DNA of 62,018 bases, counting the filler. It is 11 parts of 11 records of this genome, joined end to end, with 100 filler letters (N's around TTAATTAATTAA, not from the genome) between each part and the next. Parts side by side here need not be neighbours in the genome. Positions count along the whole stretch, not along the records: positions 49,114 to 59,316 come from SRR11831585_1177; positions 59,417 to 62,018 come from SRR11831585_1178; 9 more parts are not named here. One strand, 5' to 3'. Within the stretch, counting starts at the first letter, position 1; each line of letters starts with the position of its first letter. This document shows positions 50,474 to 62,018 of the stretch, piece after piece. Under the pieces are notes generated by a model. That model worked only from the letters and a program-made list of their open reading frames with translations. It was not told the DNA's origin and made no database searches. The position numbers and the translations under genes are program-made.

Positions 50474-53400
50474 TTATTTCACTGCAAACGTACTTTCCAG
50501 TTTGCTGTAGCCCAGGCCGTTGATCTTTTTCACTTTGATCTGCACCGGAATACGCTCTTTCATCGCTTCTACGTGGCTAATCACACCGATGGTTTTGCCA
50601 CTGGCGTTCAGGGCATCCAGCGCATCAAGGGCGGTATCCAGCGTTTCGCTATCCAGCGTGCCAAAACCTTCATCAAGGAACAGCGAGTCAATACGTGTTT
50701 TATGGCTGACCAGATCCGAAAGCGCCAGCGCCAGCGCCAGACTAACGAGGAAACTTTCGCCGCCGGAAAGGGTACGGGTATCGCGTACCGCATCTGCCTG
50801 CCAGGTATCAACAACCTCGACTTCCAGCGCCTCGCTGGCTTTGCGCTGTAACAGATAGCGCCCGTGCAGCCGGGTAAGTTGCTGATTAGCGAGATGGACT
50901 AAATTATCCAGCGTCAGCCCCTGGGCAAACTTGCGGAATTTATCGCCCTCTTTGGAACCTATTAGCGAATTCAGATATCCCCAGTCCTCAACCTGCTGCG
51001 TCATTTGAGCAATTTGCTGCATTAAGGTTTGTTGTTGCTGACGGTTATCTGCATCCTGCTTCAGCTGCTGGCGAATCTCGCCTTGACTCGTGGTGTTTTC
51101 ACGCAACTTTTGGTGAGTTTGCGCTAACTCTTGCTGAATCTGCTCCACCGTCACAGTGAGAGCCAACCCGTCGTCAGGTCGGTGTTGTTGATGCTGTGCC
51201 AGCGTTTCTGCTGTCTGAGTGACCAGAGTTTGCGCCTGACGGCGCTGGTTTTCCAGATTCTGCTTGAGCTGTTCCAGCTGCGTTAGTGTTTGTTCATCCA
51301 TTAGCGCCGCAAGGAACGCCTGCTGATCGTCAAAGACGCTGGCCTGTAGCGCGGTGTCAAACTGCGCCTGGGCTTTTTGCAGACTTTGCGCCGCCAGAAC
51401 ATCCTGTTGCTGTAACGTCTGCTGCTGGCTGTGTAATGCGAGACATTGTTCATGTACCTGCCGCCAGTTTTCCAATACCACAGTTTCTTCGCAGTGCGGG
51501 AGTTCATCACTTTGCGGCAACGTTTCCAGAATCGGCGTCAGCTGCTGAATACGGTTTTGCAGCGCGGTTAATTCGTTCTGGCGTTGCTGCCAGCTCTGCG
51601 CTTCTTGCTGACGTGTCGCCAACCAGCTCTCTTCTTCATCTTCCTGTGGCAATGTCAGTGCATAACCCGTCAATGTCGTTAAAAGTAGTTGCTGGCGTTG
51701 TTCAATTTGCTGTTGATACTGGATAATTTGCTGATTATGCGCGGCAATCTGCCCTTGTAATTCATGCCGTTGGCTGAGTAACCGCAGCTGGCGTTCGTGC
51801 TCATCTTGTGCATCCAGCCACGGTTGAATATCGTCCAGTGGCTGCAAGGTGATATTGAGGCTGGCCGTGACGGCTTGCCATTGTTGAGTAAGTGCTTGCT
51901 CATCTTGTCGGAGGCTTTGCGCTTCGTTTTCATCACGCTGAAGCTGCTTTGTTATGGCGTCCAGTTGCCCACGTAGCGTCGCACCTTCTTCACCGAGCTT
52001 TTTAACTTCGTTTTCCAGCGCCAGTAATCGAGACTGATTAACGCCAGGCTCCAGCGCCTGATACGCCTCGACCGCCGGGTGGCTGGTGGAACCACAAAGT
52101 GGGCAAGGCTGACCCGCCTGTAACTGTGCACGTTGAGCTTCCAGCGTTTTGATGCGCGCTTCCTGCTCGCAAATGGTTTTCACATCGGCAAGTTGCTGCG
52201 TCTTTTCTTTATAACGCTGGCGCATTTCGTTAAGTGCGGCGTTACGTTGCGTCTGTTCTTGCGTGACATTCTGGATAGCGACCTGTAACTGCGCCAGACG
52301 TTTTTGTTGGGGAACAATCTGTCCATGCAGCGCGACCAGGTGCTGACGCAGTGGGCGTTGCTCAGCATGTTGCGCCAGGGCGGTAGCAACTTCATCGGCG
52401 GTTAACGTCAACGTGATCGCCGCAAGCGCATTAAGTTTTTGCTCAGCATGGGTTAACTGTTGCTGCCATTGCCGCAGATGCTCGCGATCGCTGGTTTGTT
52501 GGGAGAACTGCGCACGCCAACCCGCCGGTTCGTTGTTCCACTGACGGAAGCGGTCGTGTTCCTGTAACCAGGTATTCAGGCTTTGTTGCTGCTGCTGTAA
52601 TTCTGCTGACTGCTTCGCCGCGTGGTGGCGAATGCTCGCGCGAAGCGCCATTGTGCTCTGTAAGCGAGTATTTACTTCTTCAATCTGCTGGCGAATATGC
52701 GCCAGCGCCGCGCTGTGTTCTGCGATGCGTTCCCAGTGTGGACGAAGATTTCGTGCCGGTTGTGCCAGACTAAGCGCCGCCAGTTGAGGTTGCGCTTTTT
52801 CTTCTTCGGCTAACGCCTGTTGCAAGGCCTGCTGACGGCGGCTGGCTTCTTGCTGCAATTCGTCCTGACGCGTTAACCAGTTTAGCGATTGTTGTTCTTG
52901 CTGCTGCGCGGTAATTAACTGTTTTTCTTCGTCAGTAAGTACCTGCAAACTCGCTGTCAGCGATTGCACTTGTTCCGGCGTGAGCAACGTGACGCCGCTG
53001 GCCTGCGCTTGCAGCTTCTCCAGCTCTGTGCGGGCCGATTTGTGCTGCTCAAAAACCATCGCCGAGATTTGCCCGTAGATTTCAGTGCCGGTTAACTCCT
53101 CGAGCAATTCCGCGCGTTCTTTGGGTTTGGCATTCAGGAAGGCAGCAAATTGCCCCTGCGAAAGCAGCATCGAACGGGTGAAGCGCCCGTAATCCAGCCC
53201 GGTTAACGTCGCTGTCAGTTCCAGCTTATCTTTCACTTTGTCGGCGAGAATTTTGCCGTCGGCGCAGCGCGCCAGCTCTACGCGTGGCACCTGCAAATTA
53301 CCGTCGGGTTGGTTACGCGCCCGATTCTGGCTCCAGAATGCACGGTACGCTTCACCTTTCACTTCAAACTCCACCTCCGCCAGACATTCGGCGGTATCGC

Positions 53401-53620
53401 GGGTCATGAGATCATTTTGCGATTGTGAAACGTTAGAGAGACGCGGAGTTTCGTGATACAGCGCCAGACAAATGGCGTCCAGCAGGGTGGTTTTCCCCGC
53501 ACCTGTTGGGCCGGTAATAGCAAACAGCCCGTTGCTGGCGAACGGCTCGCGGGTGAAATCAATCTTCCATTCGCCTTTTAATGAGTTCAGGTTTTTCAGG
53601 CGCAGGCTGAGAATTTTCAT
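50474..53620 (-). CDS. sbcC: SbcCD nuclease ATPase subunit (Rad50-like)
   Basis: [13 protein letters not shown] zinc hook, LSGGE and FLDEGFG; 1048 aa. Confidence 0.98.
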   Translation of the reverse strand: MKILSLRLKNLNSLKGEWKIDFTREPFASNGLFAITGPTGAGKTTLLDAICLALYHETPRLSNVSQSQNDLMTRDTAECLAEVEFEVKGEAYRAFWSQNRARNQPDGNLQVPRVELARCADGKILADKVKDKLELTATLTGLDYGRFTRSMLLSQGQFAAFLNAKPKERAELLEELTGTEIYGQISAMVFEQHKSARTELEKLQAQASGVTLLTPEQVQSLTASLQVLTDEEKQLITAQQQEQQSLNWLTRQDELQQEASRRQQALQQALAEEEKAQPQLAALSLAQPARNLRPHWERIAEHSAALAHIRQQIEEVNTRLQSTMALRASIRHHAAKQSAELQQQQQSLNTWLQEHDRFRQWNNEPAGWRAQFSQQTSDREHLRQWQQQLTHAEQKLNALAAITLTLTADEVATALAQHAEQRPLRQHLVALHGQIVPQQKRLAQLQVAIQNVTQEQTQRNAALNEMRQRYKEKTQQLADVKTICEQEARIKTLEAQRAQLQAGQPCPLCGSTSHPAVEAYQALEPGVNQSRLLALENEVKKLGEEGATLRGQLDAITKQLQRDENEAQSLRQDEQALTQQWQAVTASLNITLQPLDDIQPWLDAQDEHERQLRLLSQRHELQGQIAAHNQQIIQYQQQIEQRQQLLLTTLTGYALTLPQEDEEESWLATRQQEAQSWQQRQNELTALQNRIQQLTPILETLPQSDELPHCEETVVLENWRQVHEQCLALHSQQQTLQQQDVLAAQSLQKAQAQFDTALQASVFDDQQAFLAALMDEQTLTQLEQLKQNLENQRRQAQTLVTQTAETLAQHQQHRPDDGLALTVTVEQIQQELAQTHQKLRENTTSQGEIRQQLKQDADNRQQQQTLMQQIAQMTQQVEDWGYLNSLIGSKEGDKFRKFAQGLTLDNLVHLANQQLTRLHGRYLLQRKASEALEVEVVDTWQADAVRDTRTLSGGESFLVSLALALALSDLVSHKTRIDSLFLDEGFGTLDSETLDTALDALDALNASGKTIGVISHVEAMKERIPVQIKVKKINGLGYSKLESTFAVK

Positions 53621-54819
53621 GCTTCGTGTTCTCCGGCGAGGGTATGCAACGTCGTGGTGAAAAGATGCTGCAGACGTTGCTGCTGCGATTCATCCAGTTC
53701 TTCCAGTGCCAGACGGCGATTGAACACCTCTTCGACGCTGAGTTCGCTGAGGGTTTCACGCTGTTGGCTGGCTAACACACGCTCGCGCTGTTCACGACTC
53801 CGACGTACCAGCAATACTTCGACAGGCAATGATTCGGTTAATGCCTGGATTTTGCGCTGAATATCATGCAGATACTCATCAGTAGTGATTTCGATATCCA
53901 GCCAGACAGGTGGCTCCTGCGATACATCGCGCCACTGTTCCAGCTGTGCGGTAATCGACGCCAGATCGCCTTTCAGCACTGCCATGGGTTGCGTTACCGG
54001 TACGTTCAGGTTTTCCACGCTCTCTAATTTGCCGTTTGAAAATGTCACCAGATGGACATATTTACTCTTACCGCATTCATCAAAACTCAGTGGAATGGGG
54101 GAGCCGCAATAGCGAACATGTTCCATGCCGCCAATAATCTGTGCGCGGTGAATATGCCCGAGCGCGATGTAGTCGGCTGGTGGAAAGTTTTGTGCCGGAA
54201 ACGCGTCCAGCGTGCCAATATAAATGTCACGCACGGCGTCACTTTTACTGGCCCCCACGGTCGTTAAATGTCCCGTGGCGATGATGGGCAGAGGCTGATC
54301 GCCGCGCAGTTTGCAGGCATCGGCATAGTGTTGTTGGTAATAATCGGTAATCGCTGCCAGTAAATGCTGCTGTTTTTCAATACCGTTAAGCCCCGCCTGG
54401 CTGGTAATAATGTCACGCGGACGTAAAAACGGAATGGGGCACAGCACTGCGCCTGGCGTCCCGTCGCGACGAGGCAAGATTTGCGGCGCATGTCCGGCGC
54501 TGGCGACCACGGTAGTATTGAGGAACGCCATGATATCGCGCGATTCATTCAGCGTGGCGACCGAGTCATGGTTTCCTGCCAGTACCACCAGATGACAGCC
54601 AGTTTGCTGTAAATTGACAACAAAACGGTTGTATAACGTGCGGGCGTAACTGGGCGGCGAGCCGGTATCGAAAACATCACCGGCAACAATAATCGCATCC
54701 ACCTGATGGGTTTGTGCTGTCTCCAGCAGCCAGTCAAGAAAAGCCTGATGTTCAGCTTCGCGGCTTTTACTGTAGAAGTTCTGGCCGAGATGCCAGTCTG
54801 AGGTGTGAAGGATGCGCAT
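53617..54819 (-). CDS. sbcD: SbcCD nuclease subunit (Mre11-like)
   Basis: [17 protein letters not shown] and LGHIH. Confidence 0.98.
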   Translation of the reverse strand: MRILHTSDWHLGQNFYSKSREAEHQAFLDWLLETAQTHQVDAIIVAGDVFDTGSPPSYARTLYNRFVVNLQQTGCHLVVLAGNHDSVATLNESRDIMAFLNTTVVASAGHAPQILPRRDGTPGAVLCPIPFLRPRDIITSQAGLNGIEKQQHLLAAITDYYQQHYADACKLRGDQPLPIIATGHLTTVGASKSDAVRDIYIGTLDAFPAQNFPPADYIALGHIHRAQIIGGMEHVRYCGSPIPLSFDECGKSKYVHLVTFSNGKLESVENLNVPVTQPMAVLKGDLASITAQLEQWRDVSQEPPVWLDIEITTDEYLHDIQRKIQALTESLPVEVLLVRRSREQRERVLASQQRETLSELSVEEVFNRRLALEELDESQQQRLQHLFTTTLHTLAGEHEA

Positions 54820-54927
54820 AACGGTTCCCTGGCGAAAAAGCATGGGCGCGATTATACCCAAACAGATGTGCCATTTGCTTTTTTCTGCGCCACGGAAATC
54901 AATAACCTGAAGATATGTGCGACGAGC

Positions 54928-54945
54928 TTTTCATAAATCTGTCAT
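54928..54945 (+). promoter_or_regulatory. Pho box of the phoB promoter
   Basis: TTTTCAT-AAAT-CTGTCAT direct repeat with 11-nt period. Confidence 0.85.
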
Positions 54946-55008
54946 AAATCTGACGCATAATGACGTCGCATTAATGATCGCAACCTATTTATTACAACAG
55001 GGCAAATC

Positions 55009-55698
55009 ATGGCGAGACGTATTCTGGTCGTAGAAGATGAAGCTCCAATTCGCGAAATGGTCTGCTTCGTGCTCGAACAAAATGGCTTTCAGCCGGTCGA
55101 AGCGGAAGATTATGACAGTGCTGTGAATCAACTGAATGAACCCTGGCCGGATTTAATTCTCCTCGACTGGATGTTACCTGGCGGCTCCGGTATCCAGTTC
55201 ATCAAACACCTCAAGCGCGAGTCGATGACCCGGGATATTCCAGTGGTGATGTTGACCGCCAGAGGGGAAGAAGAAGATCGCGTGCGCGGCCTTGAAACCG
55301 GCGCGGATGACTATATCACCAAGCCGTTTTCGCCGAAGGAGCTGGTGGCGCGAATCAAAGCGGTAATGCGCCGTATTTCGCCAATGGCGGTGGAAGAGGT
55401 GATTGAGATGCAGGGATTAAGTCTCGACCCGACATCTCACCGAGTGATGGCGGGCGAAGAGCCGCTGGAGATGGGGCCGACAGAATTTAAACTGCTGCAC
55501 TTTTTTATGACGCATCCTGAGCGCGTGTACAGCCGCGAGCAGCTGTTAAACCACGTCTGGGGAACTAACGTGTATGTGGAAGACCGCACGGTCGATGTCC
55601 ACATTCGTCGCCTGCGTAAAGCACTGGAGCCCGGCGGGCATGACCGCATGGTGCAGACCGTGCGCGGTACAGGATATCGTTTTTCAACCCGCTTTTAA
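55009..55698 (+). CDS. phoB: Phosphate regulon response regulator
   Basis: LLDWMLPG and [12 protein letters not shown]; 229 aa. Confidence 0.99.
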
Positions 55699-55755
55699 CG
55701 CCTTGCTCATCGGACGCAGAGCAGGGCTTATGATTTCTTAACTGGAGTATCTTAC

Positions 55756-57051
55756 GTGCTGGAACGGCTGTCGTGGAAAAGGCTGGTGCTGGAGCTGCTA
55801 CTTTGCTGCCTCCCGGCTTTCATCCTGGGTGCATTTTTTGGTTACCTGCCCTGGTTTTTGCTGGCATCGGTAACAGGACTGCTTATCTGGCATTTCTGGA
55901 ATTTATTGCGCCTTTCATGGTGGCTGTGGGTGGATCGCAGTATGACCCCGCCACCGGGGCGTGGTAGCTGGGAACCGCTACTATACGGCTTACACCAGAT
56001 GCAGCTGCGAAATAAAAAACGCCGCCGTGAACTGGGCAATCTGATTAAACGCTTTCGTAGCGGCGCGGAGTCGCTGCCCGACGCGGTGGTGCTGACCACG
56101 GAAGAGGGCGGTATTTTCTGGTGTAACGGTCTGGCGCAACAAATTCTTGGTTTGCGCTGGCCGGAAGATAACGGGCAGAACATCCTTAACCTACTGCGTT
56201 ACCCGGAGTTTACGCAATATCTGAAAACGCGTGATTTTTCTCGCCCGCTCAATCTGGTGCTCAACACCGGGCGGCATCTGGAAATTCGCGTCATGCCTTA
56301 TACCCACAAACAGTTGCTGATGGTGGCGCGTGATGTCACGCAAATGCATCAACTGGAAGGGGCGCGGCGTAACTTTTTTGCCAACGTGAGCCATGAGTTA
56401 CGTACGCCATTGACCGTGTTACAGGGTTACCTGGAGATGATGAATGAGCAGCCGCTGGAAGGCGCGGTACGCGAAAAAGCGTTGCACACCATGCGCGAGC
56501 AGACCCAGCGGATGGAAGGACTGGTGAAGCAATTGCTGACGCTGTCGAAAATAGAAGCCGCACCGACGCATTTGCTCAATGAAAAGGTTGATGTGCCGAT
56601 GATGCTGCGCGTTGTTGAGCGCGAGGCTCAGACTCTGAGTCAGAAAAAACAGACATTTACCTTTGAGATAGATAACGGCCTCAAGGTGTCTGGCAACGAA
56701 GATCAGCTACGCAGTGCGATTTCGAACCTGGTCTATAACGCCGTGAATCATACGCCGGAAGGCACGCATATCACCGTACGCTGGCAGCGAGTGCCGCACG
56801 GTGCCGAATTTAGCGTTGAAGATAACGGACCGGGCATTGCACCGGAGCATATTCCGCGCCTGACCGAGCGTTTTTATCGCGTTGATAAAGCGCGTTCCCG
56901 GCAAACCGGCGGTAGCGGATTAGGGTTAGCGATCGTGAAACATGCTGTGAATCATCACGAAAGTCGCCTGAATATTGAGAGTACAGTAGGAAAAGGAACA
57001 CGTTTCAGTTTTGTTATCCCGGAACGTTTAATTGCCAAAAACAGCGATTAA
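55756..57051 (+). CDS. phoR: Phosphate regulon sensor kinase
   Basis: [11 protein letters not shown] and [12 protein letters not shown]; 431 aa. Confidence 0.98.
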   Translation: MLERLSWKRLVLELLLCCLPAFILGAFFGYLPWFLLASVTGLLIWHFWNLLRLSWWLWVDRSMTPPPGRGSWEPLLYGLHQMQLRNKKRRRELGNLIKRFRSGAESLPDAVVLTTEEGGIFWCNGLAQQILGLRWPEDNGQNILNLLRYPEFTQYLKTRDFSRPLNLVLNTGRHLEIRVMPYTHKQLLMVARDVTQMHQLEGARRNFFANVSHELRTPLTVLQGYLEMMNEQPLEGAVREKALHTMREQTQRMEGLVKQLLTLSKIEAAPTHLLNEKVDVPMMLRVVEREAQTLSQKKQTFTFEIDNGLKVSGNEDQLRSAISNLVYNAVNHTPEGTHITVRWQRVPHGAEFSVEDNGPGIAPEHIPRLTERFYRVDKARSRQTGGSGLGLAIVKHAVNHHESRLNIESTVGKGTRFSFVIPERLIAKNSD

Positions 57052-57076
57052 TCCGCCTTTGTCATCTTTTATTGCC

Positions 57077-57107
57077 ATAAGCCAGTCGATGCTGGCTTAT
57101 TTTCTTT
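57077..57107 (+). terminator. Intrinsic terminator after phoR
   Basis: ATAAGCCAG-tcgatg-CTGGCTTAT-TTTCTTT. Confidence 0.75.
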
Positions 57108-57457
57108 GCAGTCAAAATACGGGCGTTAGATTTTACAACGATTGGTGATTTTTTGTTCGCATGATTAGCCATGTCTTTTTCACGGAAATAGTGTTTTATA
57201 CTGGTTGGTGATTTCTTATCGCTATATACCTCTGGTTTTTAGATCCCTCCTTGCTTTAAAACGTTATAAGCGTTTAAATTGCGCTTCAGGTGCTGTCATA
57301 CTGACTGCATTAACGCGGTAAATCGAAAAACTATTCTTCGCCGCGCCTGGTTGGGAGTATTTCCCGCTAAAATTGTTTAAATATACCGCTGTATCATCCC
57401 CAGGGATTGGCACAAAAATTTAACGTTACAACACCACATCCACAGGCAGTATGATTT

Positions 57458-58777
57458 ATGACCCATCAATTAAGATCGCGCGATATCATCGCTCTGGGCT
57501 TTATGACATTTGCGTTGTTCGTCGGCGCAGGTAACATTATTTTCCCTCCAATGGTCGGCTTACAGGCAGGCGAACACGTCTGGACTGCGGCATTCGGCTT
57601 CCTCATTACTGCCGTTGGCCTGCCGGTATTAACGGTAGTGGCGCTGGCAAAAGTTGGCGGCGGTGTTGACAGCCTCAGCACGCCAATCGGTAAAGTCGCT
57701 GGCGTACTGCTGGCAACGGTTTGTTACCTGGCGGTGGGGCCGCTTTTCGCTACGCCGCGTACAGCTACCGTTTCCTTTGAAGTGGGGATTGCGCCGCTGA
57801 CGGGTGATTCCGCGCTGCCGCTGTTTATCTACAGCCTGGTCTATTTCGCTATCGTTATTCTGGTTTCGCTCTATCCGGGCAAGCTGCTGGATACCGTGGG
57901 CAACTTCCTTGCGCCGCTGAAAATTATCGCGCTGGTCATCCTGTCTGTTGCCGCTATTGTCTGGCCGGCGGGTTCTATCAGCACGGCGACTGAGGCTTAT
58001 CAAAACGCTGCGTTTTCTAACGGCTTCGTTAACGGCTATCTGACCATGGATACGCTGGGCGCAATGGTGTTTGGTATCGTTATTGTTAACGCGGCGCGTT
58101 CTCGTGGCGTTACCGAAGCGCGTCTGCTGACCCGTTATACCGTCTGGGCTGGCCTGATGGCGGGTGTTGGTCTGACTCTGCTGTACCTGGCGCTGTTCCG
58201 TCTGGGGTCAGACAGCGCGTCGCTGGTCGATCAGTCTGCAAACGGCGCTGCTATTCTGCATGCTTACGTTCAGCACACCTTTGGCGGCGGCGGTAGCTTC
58301 CTGCTGGCGGCGTTAATCTTCATCGCCTGCCTGGTAACGGCAGTTGGCCTGACCTGTGCTTGTGCAGAATTCTTTGCCCAGTACGTACCGCTCTCTTATC
58401 GTACGCTGGTGTTTATCCTCGGCGGCTTCTCGATGGTGGTTTCTAACCTCGGCTTAAGCCAGCTGATCCAGATCTCCGTACCGGTGCTGACCGCTATTTA
58501 TCCGCCGTGTATCGCACTGGTTGTATTAAGTTTTACACGCTCATGGTGGCATAATTCGTCCCGCGTGATTGCTCCGCCGATGTTTATCAGCCTGCTTTTT
58601 GGTATTCTCGACGGGATCAAAGCATCTGCATTCAGCGATATCTTACCGTCCTGGGCGCAGCGTTTACCGCTGGCCGAACAAGGTCTGGCGTGGTTAATGC
58701 CAACAGTGGTGATGGTGGTTCTGGCCATTATCTGGGATCGCGCGGCAGGTCGTCAGGTGACCTCCAGCGCTCACTAA
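57458..58777 (+). CDS. brnQ: Branched-chain amino acid transporter
   Basis: [11 protein letters not shown] and GYLTMD; 439 aa. Confidence 0.98.
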   Translation: MTHQLRSRDIIALGFMTFALFVGAGNIIFPPMVGLQAGEHVWTAAFGFLITAVGLPVLTVVALAKVGGGVDSLSTPIGKVAGVLLATVCYLAVGPLFATPRTATVSFEVGIAPLTGDSALPLFIYSLVYFAIVILVSLYPGKLLDTVGNFLAPLKIIALVILSVAAIVWPAGSISTATEAYQNAAFSNGFVNGYLTMDTLGAMVFGIVIVNAARSRGVTEARLLTRYTVWAGLMAGVGLTLLYLALFRLGSDSASLVDQSANGAAILHAYVQHTFGGGGSFLLAALIFIACLVTAVGLTCACAEFFAQYVPLSYRTLVFILGGFSMVVSNLGLSQLIQISVPVLTAIYPPCIALVVLSFTRSWWHNSSRVIAPPMFISLLFGILDGIKASAFSDILPSWAQRLPLAEQGLAWLMPTVVMVVLAIIWDRAAGRQVTSSAH

Positions 58778-58796
58778 ATCACTGAACATTTGTTTT

Positions 58797-58830
58797 AACC
58801 ACGGGGCTGCGATGCCCCGTGGTTTTTTAT
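58797..58830 (+). terminator. Intrinsic terminator after brnQ
   Basis: AACCACGGGGC..GCCCCGTGGTT-TTTT. Confidence 0.85.
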
Positions 58831-58852
58831 TGTGTTGATGGGTTAGGAATTG

Positions 58853-59316
58853 ATGGAAAGTAAGAACAAGCTAAAGCGTGGGCTAAGTACCCGCCACATA
58901 CGCTTTATGGCACTGGGTTCAGCAATTGGCACCGGGCTGTTTTACGGTTCGGCAGACGCCATCAAAATGGCCGGTCCGAGCGTGTTGTTGGCCTATATTA
59001 TCGGTGGTATCGCGGCGTATATCATTATGCGTGCGCTGGGGGAAATGTCGGTACATAACCCGGCCGCCAGCTCTTTCTCGCGTTATGCGCAGGAAAACCT
59101 CGGCCCGCTGGCAGGTTACATTACCGGCTGGACCTACTGCTTTGAAATCCTTATTGTCGCCATCGCCGATGTGACCGCTTTTGGTATCTATATGGGTGTC
59201 TGGTTCCCGACGGTGCCGCACTGGATTTGGGTACTGAGCGTGGTGCTGATCATTTGCGCCGTAAACCTGATGAGCGTGAAGGTATTCGGTGAGCTGGAAT
59301 TCTGGTTCTCGTTCTT
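58853..59316 (+). CDS. proY: APC-family permease ProY, 3'-truncated
   Basis: [24 protein letters not shown] and FGELEFWFS; follows brnQ. Confidence 0.95.
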
Positions 59317-59416
59317 NNNNNNNNNNNNNNNNNNNNNNNNNNNNNNNNNNNNNNNNNNNNTTAATTAATTAANNNNNNNNNNNNNNNNNNNNNNNNNNNN
59401 NNNNNNNNNNNNNNNN
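59317..59416. other. Artificial contig spacer
   Basis: N44-TTAATTAATTAA-N44. Confidence 0.98.
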
Positions 59417-60007
<591 letters not shown>

Positions 60008-60314
60008 TTTGGAGAATAAACAACGCAAGCTACCCTTGTCGAGTTTGGCGAAAAAATTGCTAGTGTGTGCACCCGCAGCCAGGAAGCGTAGATCTGTGGA
60101 TGGATCTAACATGTGGATTGCGGCCTCGGAAGCTCGCCACCTCGGAACCTCGGGCTTGTCAGGCACTTCCTCACATTTGCGTCCTGCGCGAGGGCATGCA
60201 ACGCACAACTTTTGTTCGTCCAGTCGAGCTTGATTCTCAATCAAGAGTTCCGCAAAACTACCTTGTTGGTGTGTTACTTCGGTTGCGTTCGTCGGTCTCT
60301 TATCTCCAACGCAA

Positions 60315-61890
60315 ATGAACGTTGAAGCTGTATGACTCTATTTCGCGCGGAGCGGTGGGACTGACTTGCTGCAGTTTGGAGGTGCTGACCCGGTTATCAG
60401 GCTGGAGGCTATCATTGTGAACGGCCTACATCGTACCCGCCGAGAAGGTTTGCTCATGCGAAAACTTCCCCACGTAGCTCACCCCTCTTGCTAGTTGTCG
60501 AGCGAGAATATGCGAGTGTATATTCGTCACCCACGTACATTGCCGCCATCAAGGAAGTTGACCAGGCCACCAAGGTACTGTGCCGCTCTCCTTGTTTCAC
60601 GGCGTAGCTCACGCGCGGCTGTAGCGTCTCAAAGCGTTGGGCATTTTCGACTCCGTTGCTGCTCTGTGTGACGAAGGAAGCCGCCCGGACCAGTTCCGTC
60701 TGAAGGTGCACGTCACGGAGAAGCGAGGCGCATCGCTCTCGGCAGGCGTGTATGCCGGCCAGGTCGACCAGACGGCGGTACGTGTGTGCGCGTTATGCTC
60801 GGGGCGCAGTCAGTGATGTGGACAGTTTTCTATTTACTTGTCCCGGTCCCCTCGTCGTTTGTGTTTGCTGTACACGTGTGAGTGTACCTCTGTCGCTCTC
60901 TGCTCACCTACGCTGTGTGTGTTTCCGCGTGGACAGAACATTGAAGCCACCTTTATCAATCCGCTTGGGGGTTCGGAGACGGTCAACGCCTCTGCCAACT
61001 ACGGCCCTAAGACCGGCCTGACATTCTCGGCGGGTATCACGTACGCCCTGTTTGATGTTGTGTGGATCTGTTCGTTTGTGTGGTGCGGTTTGTTGTTCGT
61101 TTGTGTGGTGCGGTCTGTTGTGTCTTTACAGCACCGGCATGCATCATCATCTCTTCTTTAAACCCCTGTTCTCGTGTTCTCACATCCCGACTGCTCAATC
61201 ACGTTACGCTGTCCGTCCTTGTACATTCGTTCTCTCTTCTGCTTTCCCTGCAACCCGCACGCTCTCACGCCCTTCCCCATTCCCCTCACAATCGCAGCGA
61301 GCCTCGGTTCATGGGACGGCAGCTGCAGTTCGACCTCCACGCGCACCAACACAAGCTCCTCAAGCGCAACGCAGGACACCATGATGAGTCTGTGGGCGCC
61401 ACATCCTCCTTGACGGGCACCTACCGCGGCCTCACACACGTGCTCTCGCATGAGGGAACGTGGCGCTCGATTCATGTAGCGGCGAGTGCGTCCCGTGTGC
61501 TGCATGAAGAGGCCCTCGCAGAGTCGGGCTCGCTCAAGAGCTCACTCACTTATAAGTGCGTGCGGTTGTGACGCTGTGTCTGCTTGTCTCCGTGTATGTA
61601 TGTGTGTTTCGTGTTGGTGGCTCTGTTCATGACAGTCTTATTCGTGCCTGTCAGAATGCATGTTCGGCATCCCGCTGTGTGTATGTATTCTGTGCCGTGT
61701 TCCATCTGCTCACAGCCTGCTCGCTGTTGTTGCGTATAGGGTGGGCCAGGATCAGCGCGACCACCCCGTGTTCCCCTCCCGTGGCTACAAGTGGACTGTC
61801 AGCAACGAGTTCGCAGGGTTGGGCGGTGATGTGACCTTCTTGAAATCGCAGGTGGCGGGCAGCGTTTATGCGCCCCTGTTCCGTGGTCTT
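60315..61890 (+). CDS. SAM50: Mitochondrial Omp85-family Sam50/Tob55, first 7 exons (60315-60329, 60375-60447, 60495-60574, 60625-60777, 60937-61040, 61298-61555, 61740-61890)
   Basis: POTRA-like IIVNGLHRTRREVVERE..LKALGIFDSV, then NPLGGSET and barrel motifs LKSSL..DQRDHPVFPSRGY..EFAGLGGDVTFLK; all introns GT-AG and in frame. Confidence 0.88.
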
Positions 61891-62018
61891 GTACGTGCTC
61901 GCTGTGGTTTATTTTTTGTGGTTGGTTATGTGAGTATTTGCTGGAGTGGGAAAGTGTGTGTGTGCGGATGTGGGCGGCCTTGTATGCTGTGATGATACCA
62001 ACACTTTAGTCAGTTCTG

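Noticed and set aside
50474-54819. SMC-like ATPase plus nuclease as a novel defence system
   Set aside because: It is ordinary sbcCD in its core position between araJ and phoB.

Overview
This window is not one locus. It is 11 unrelated contigs joined by ten identical artificial 100-nt spacers (N44-TTAATTAATTAA-N44, with stops in all six frames). Six contigs (47.5 kb) are Escherichia coli K-12-lineage chromosome from widely separated map positions: sppA-ansA-pncA-ydjEF; rhaDM-frvABXR-yiiG-fdhD-fdoG; gltP-nrfA-G-acs; metY-rimP-nusA-infB; ftsK-lrp-trxB-cydDC-aat-infA-serW; and araJ-sbcCD-phoBR-brnQ-proY. They look like contamination (food bacterium or cloning host), with homopolymer frameshifts and a few G>A changes. 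Five contigs (13.5 kb) come from an unidentified intron-rich eukaryote. I spliced these by hand: the 3' end of a type-B carboxylesterase, a complete TIP30/HTATIP2-like oxidoreductase, CCT1/TCP1-alpha, a RING-finger 3' end, a C2-like conserved protein, the PRP8 5' end and SAM50. The best candidate for something undescribed is contig 30566-33322. It holds one exon of at least 2.58 kb with an unrecognised N-terminal region and one or two telobox-like Myb domains, spliced into a Ulp1/C48-like peptidase domain, and it may be transposon-borne. The eukaryote also shows a sense-strand TG skew and a 5'->3' rise in GC3 and intron length. Gene identities and reference comparisons are from memory; no searches were run.
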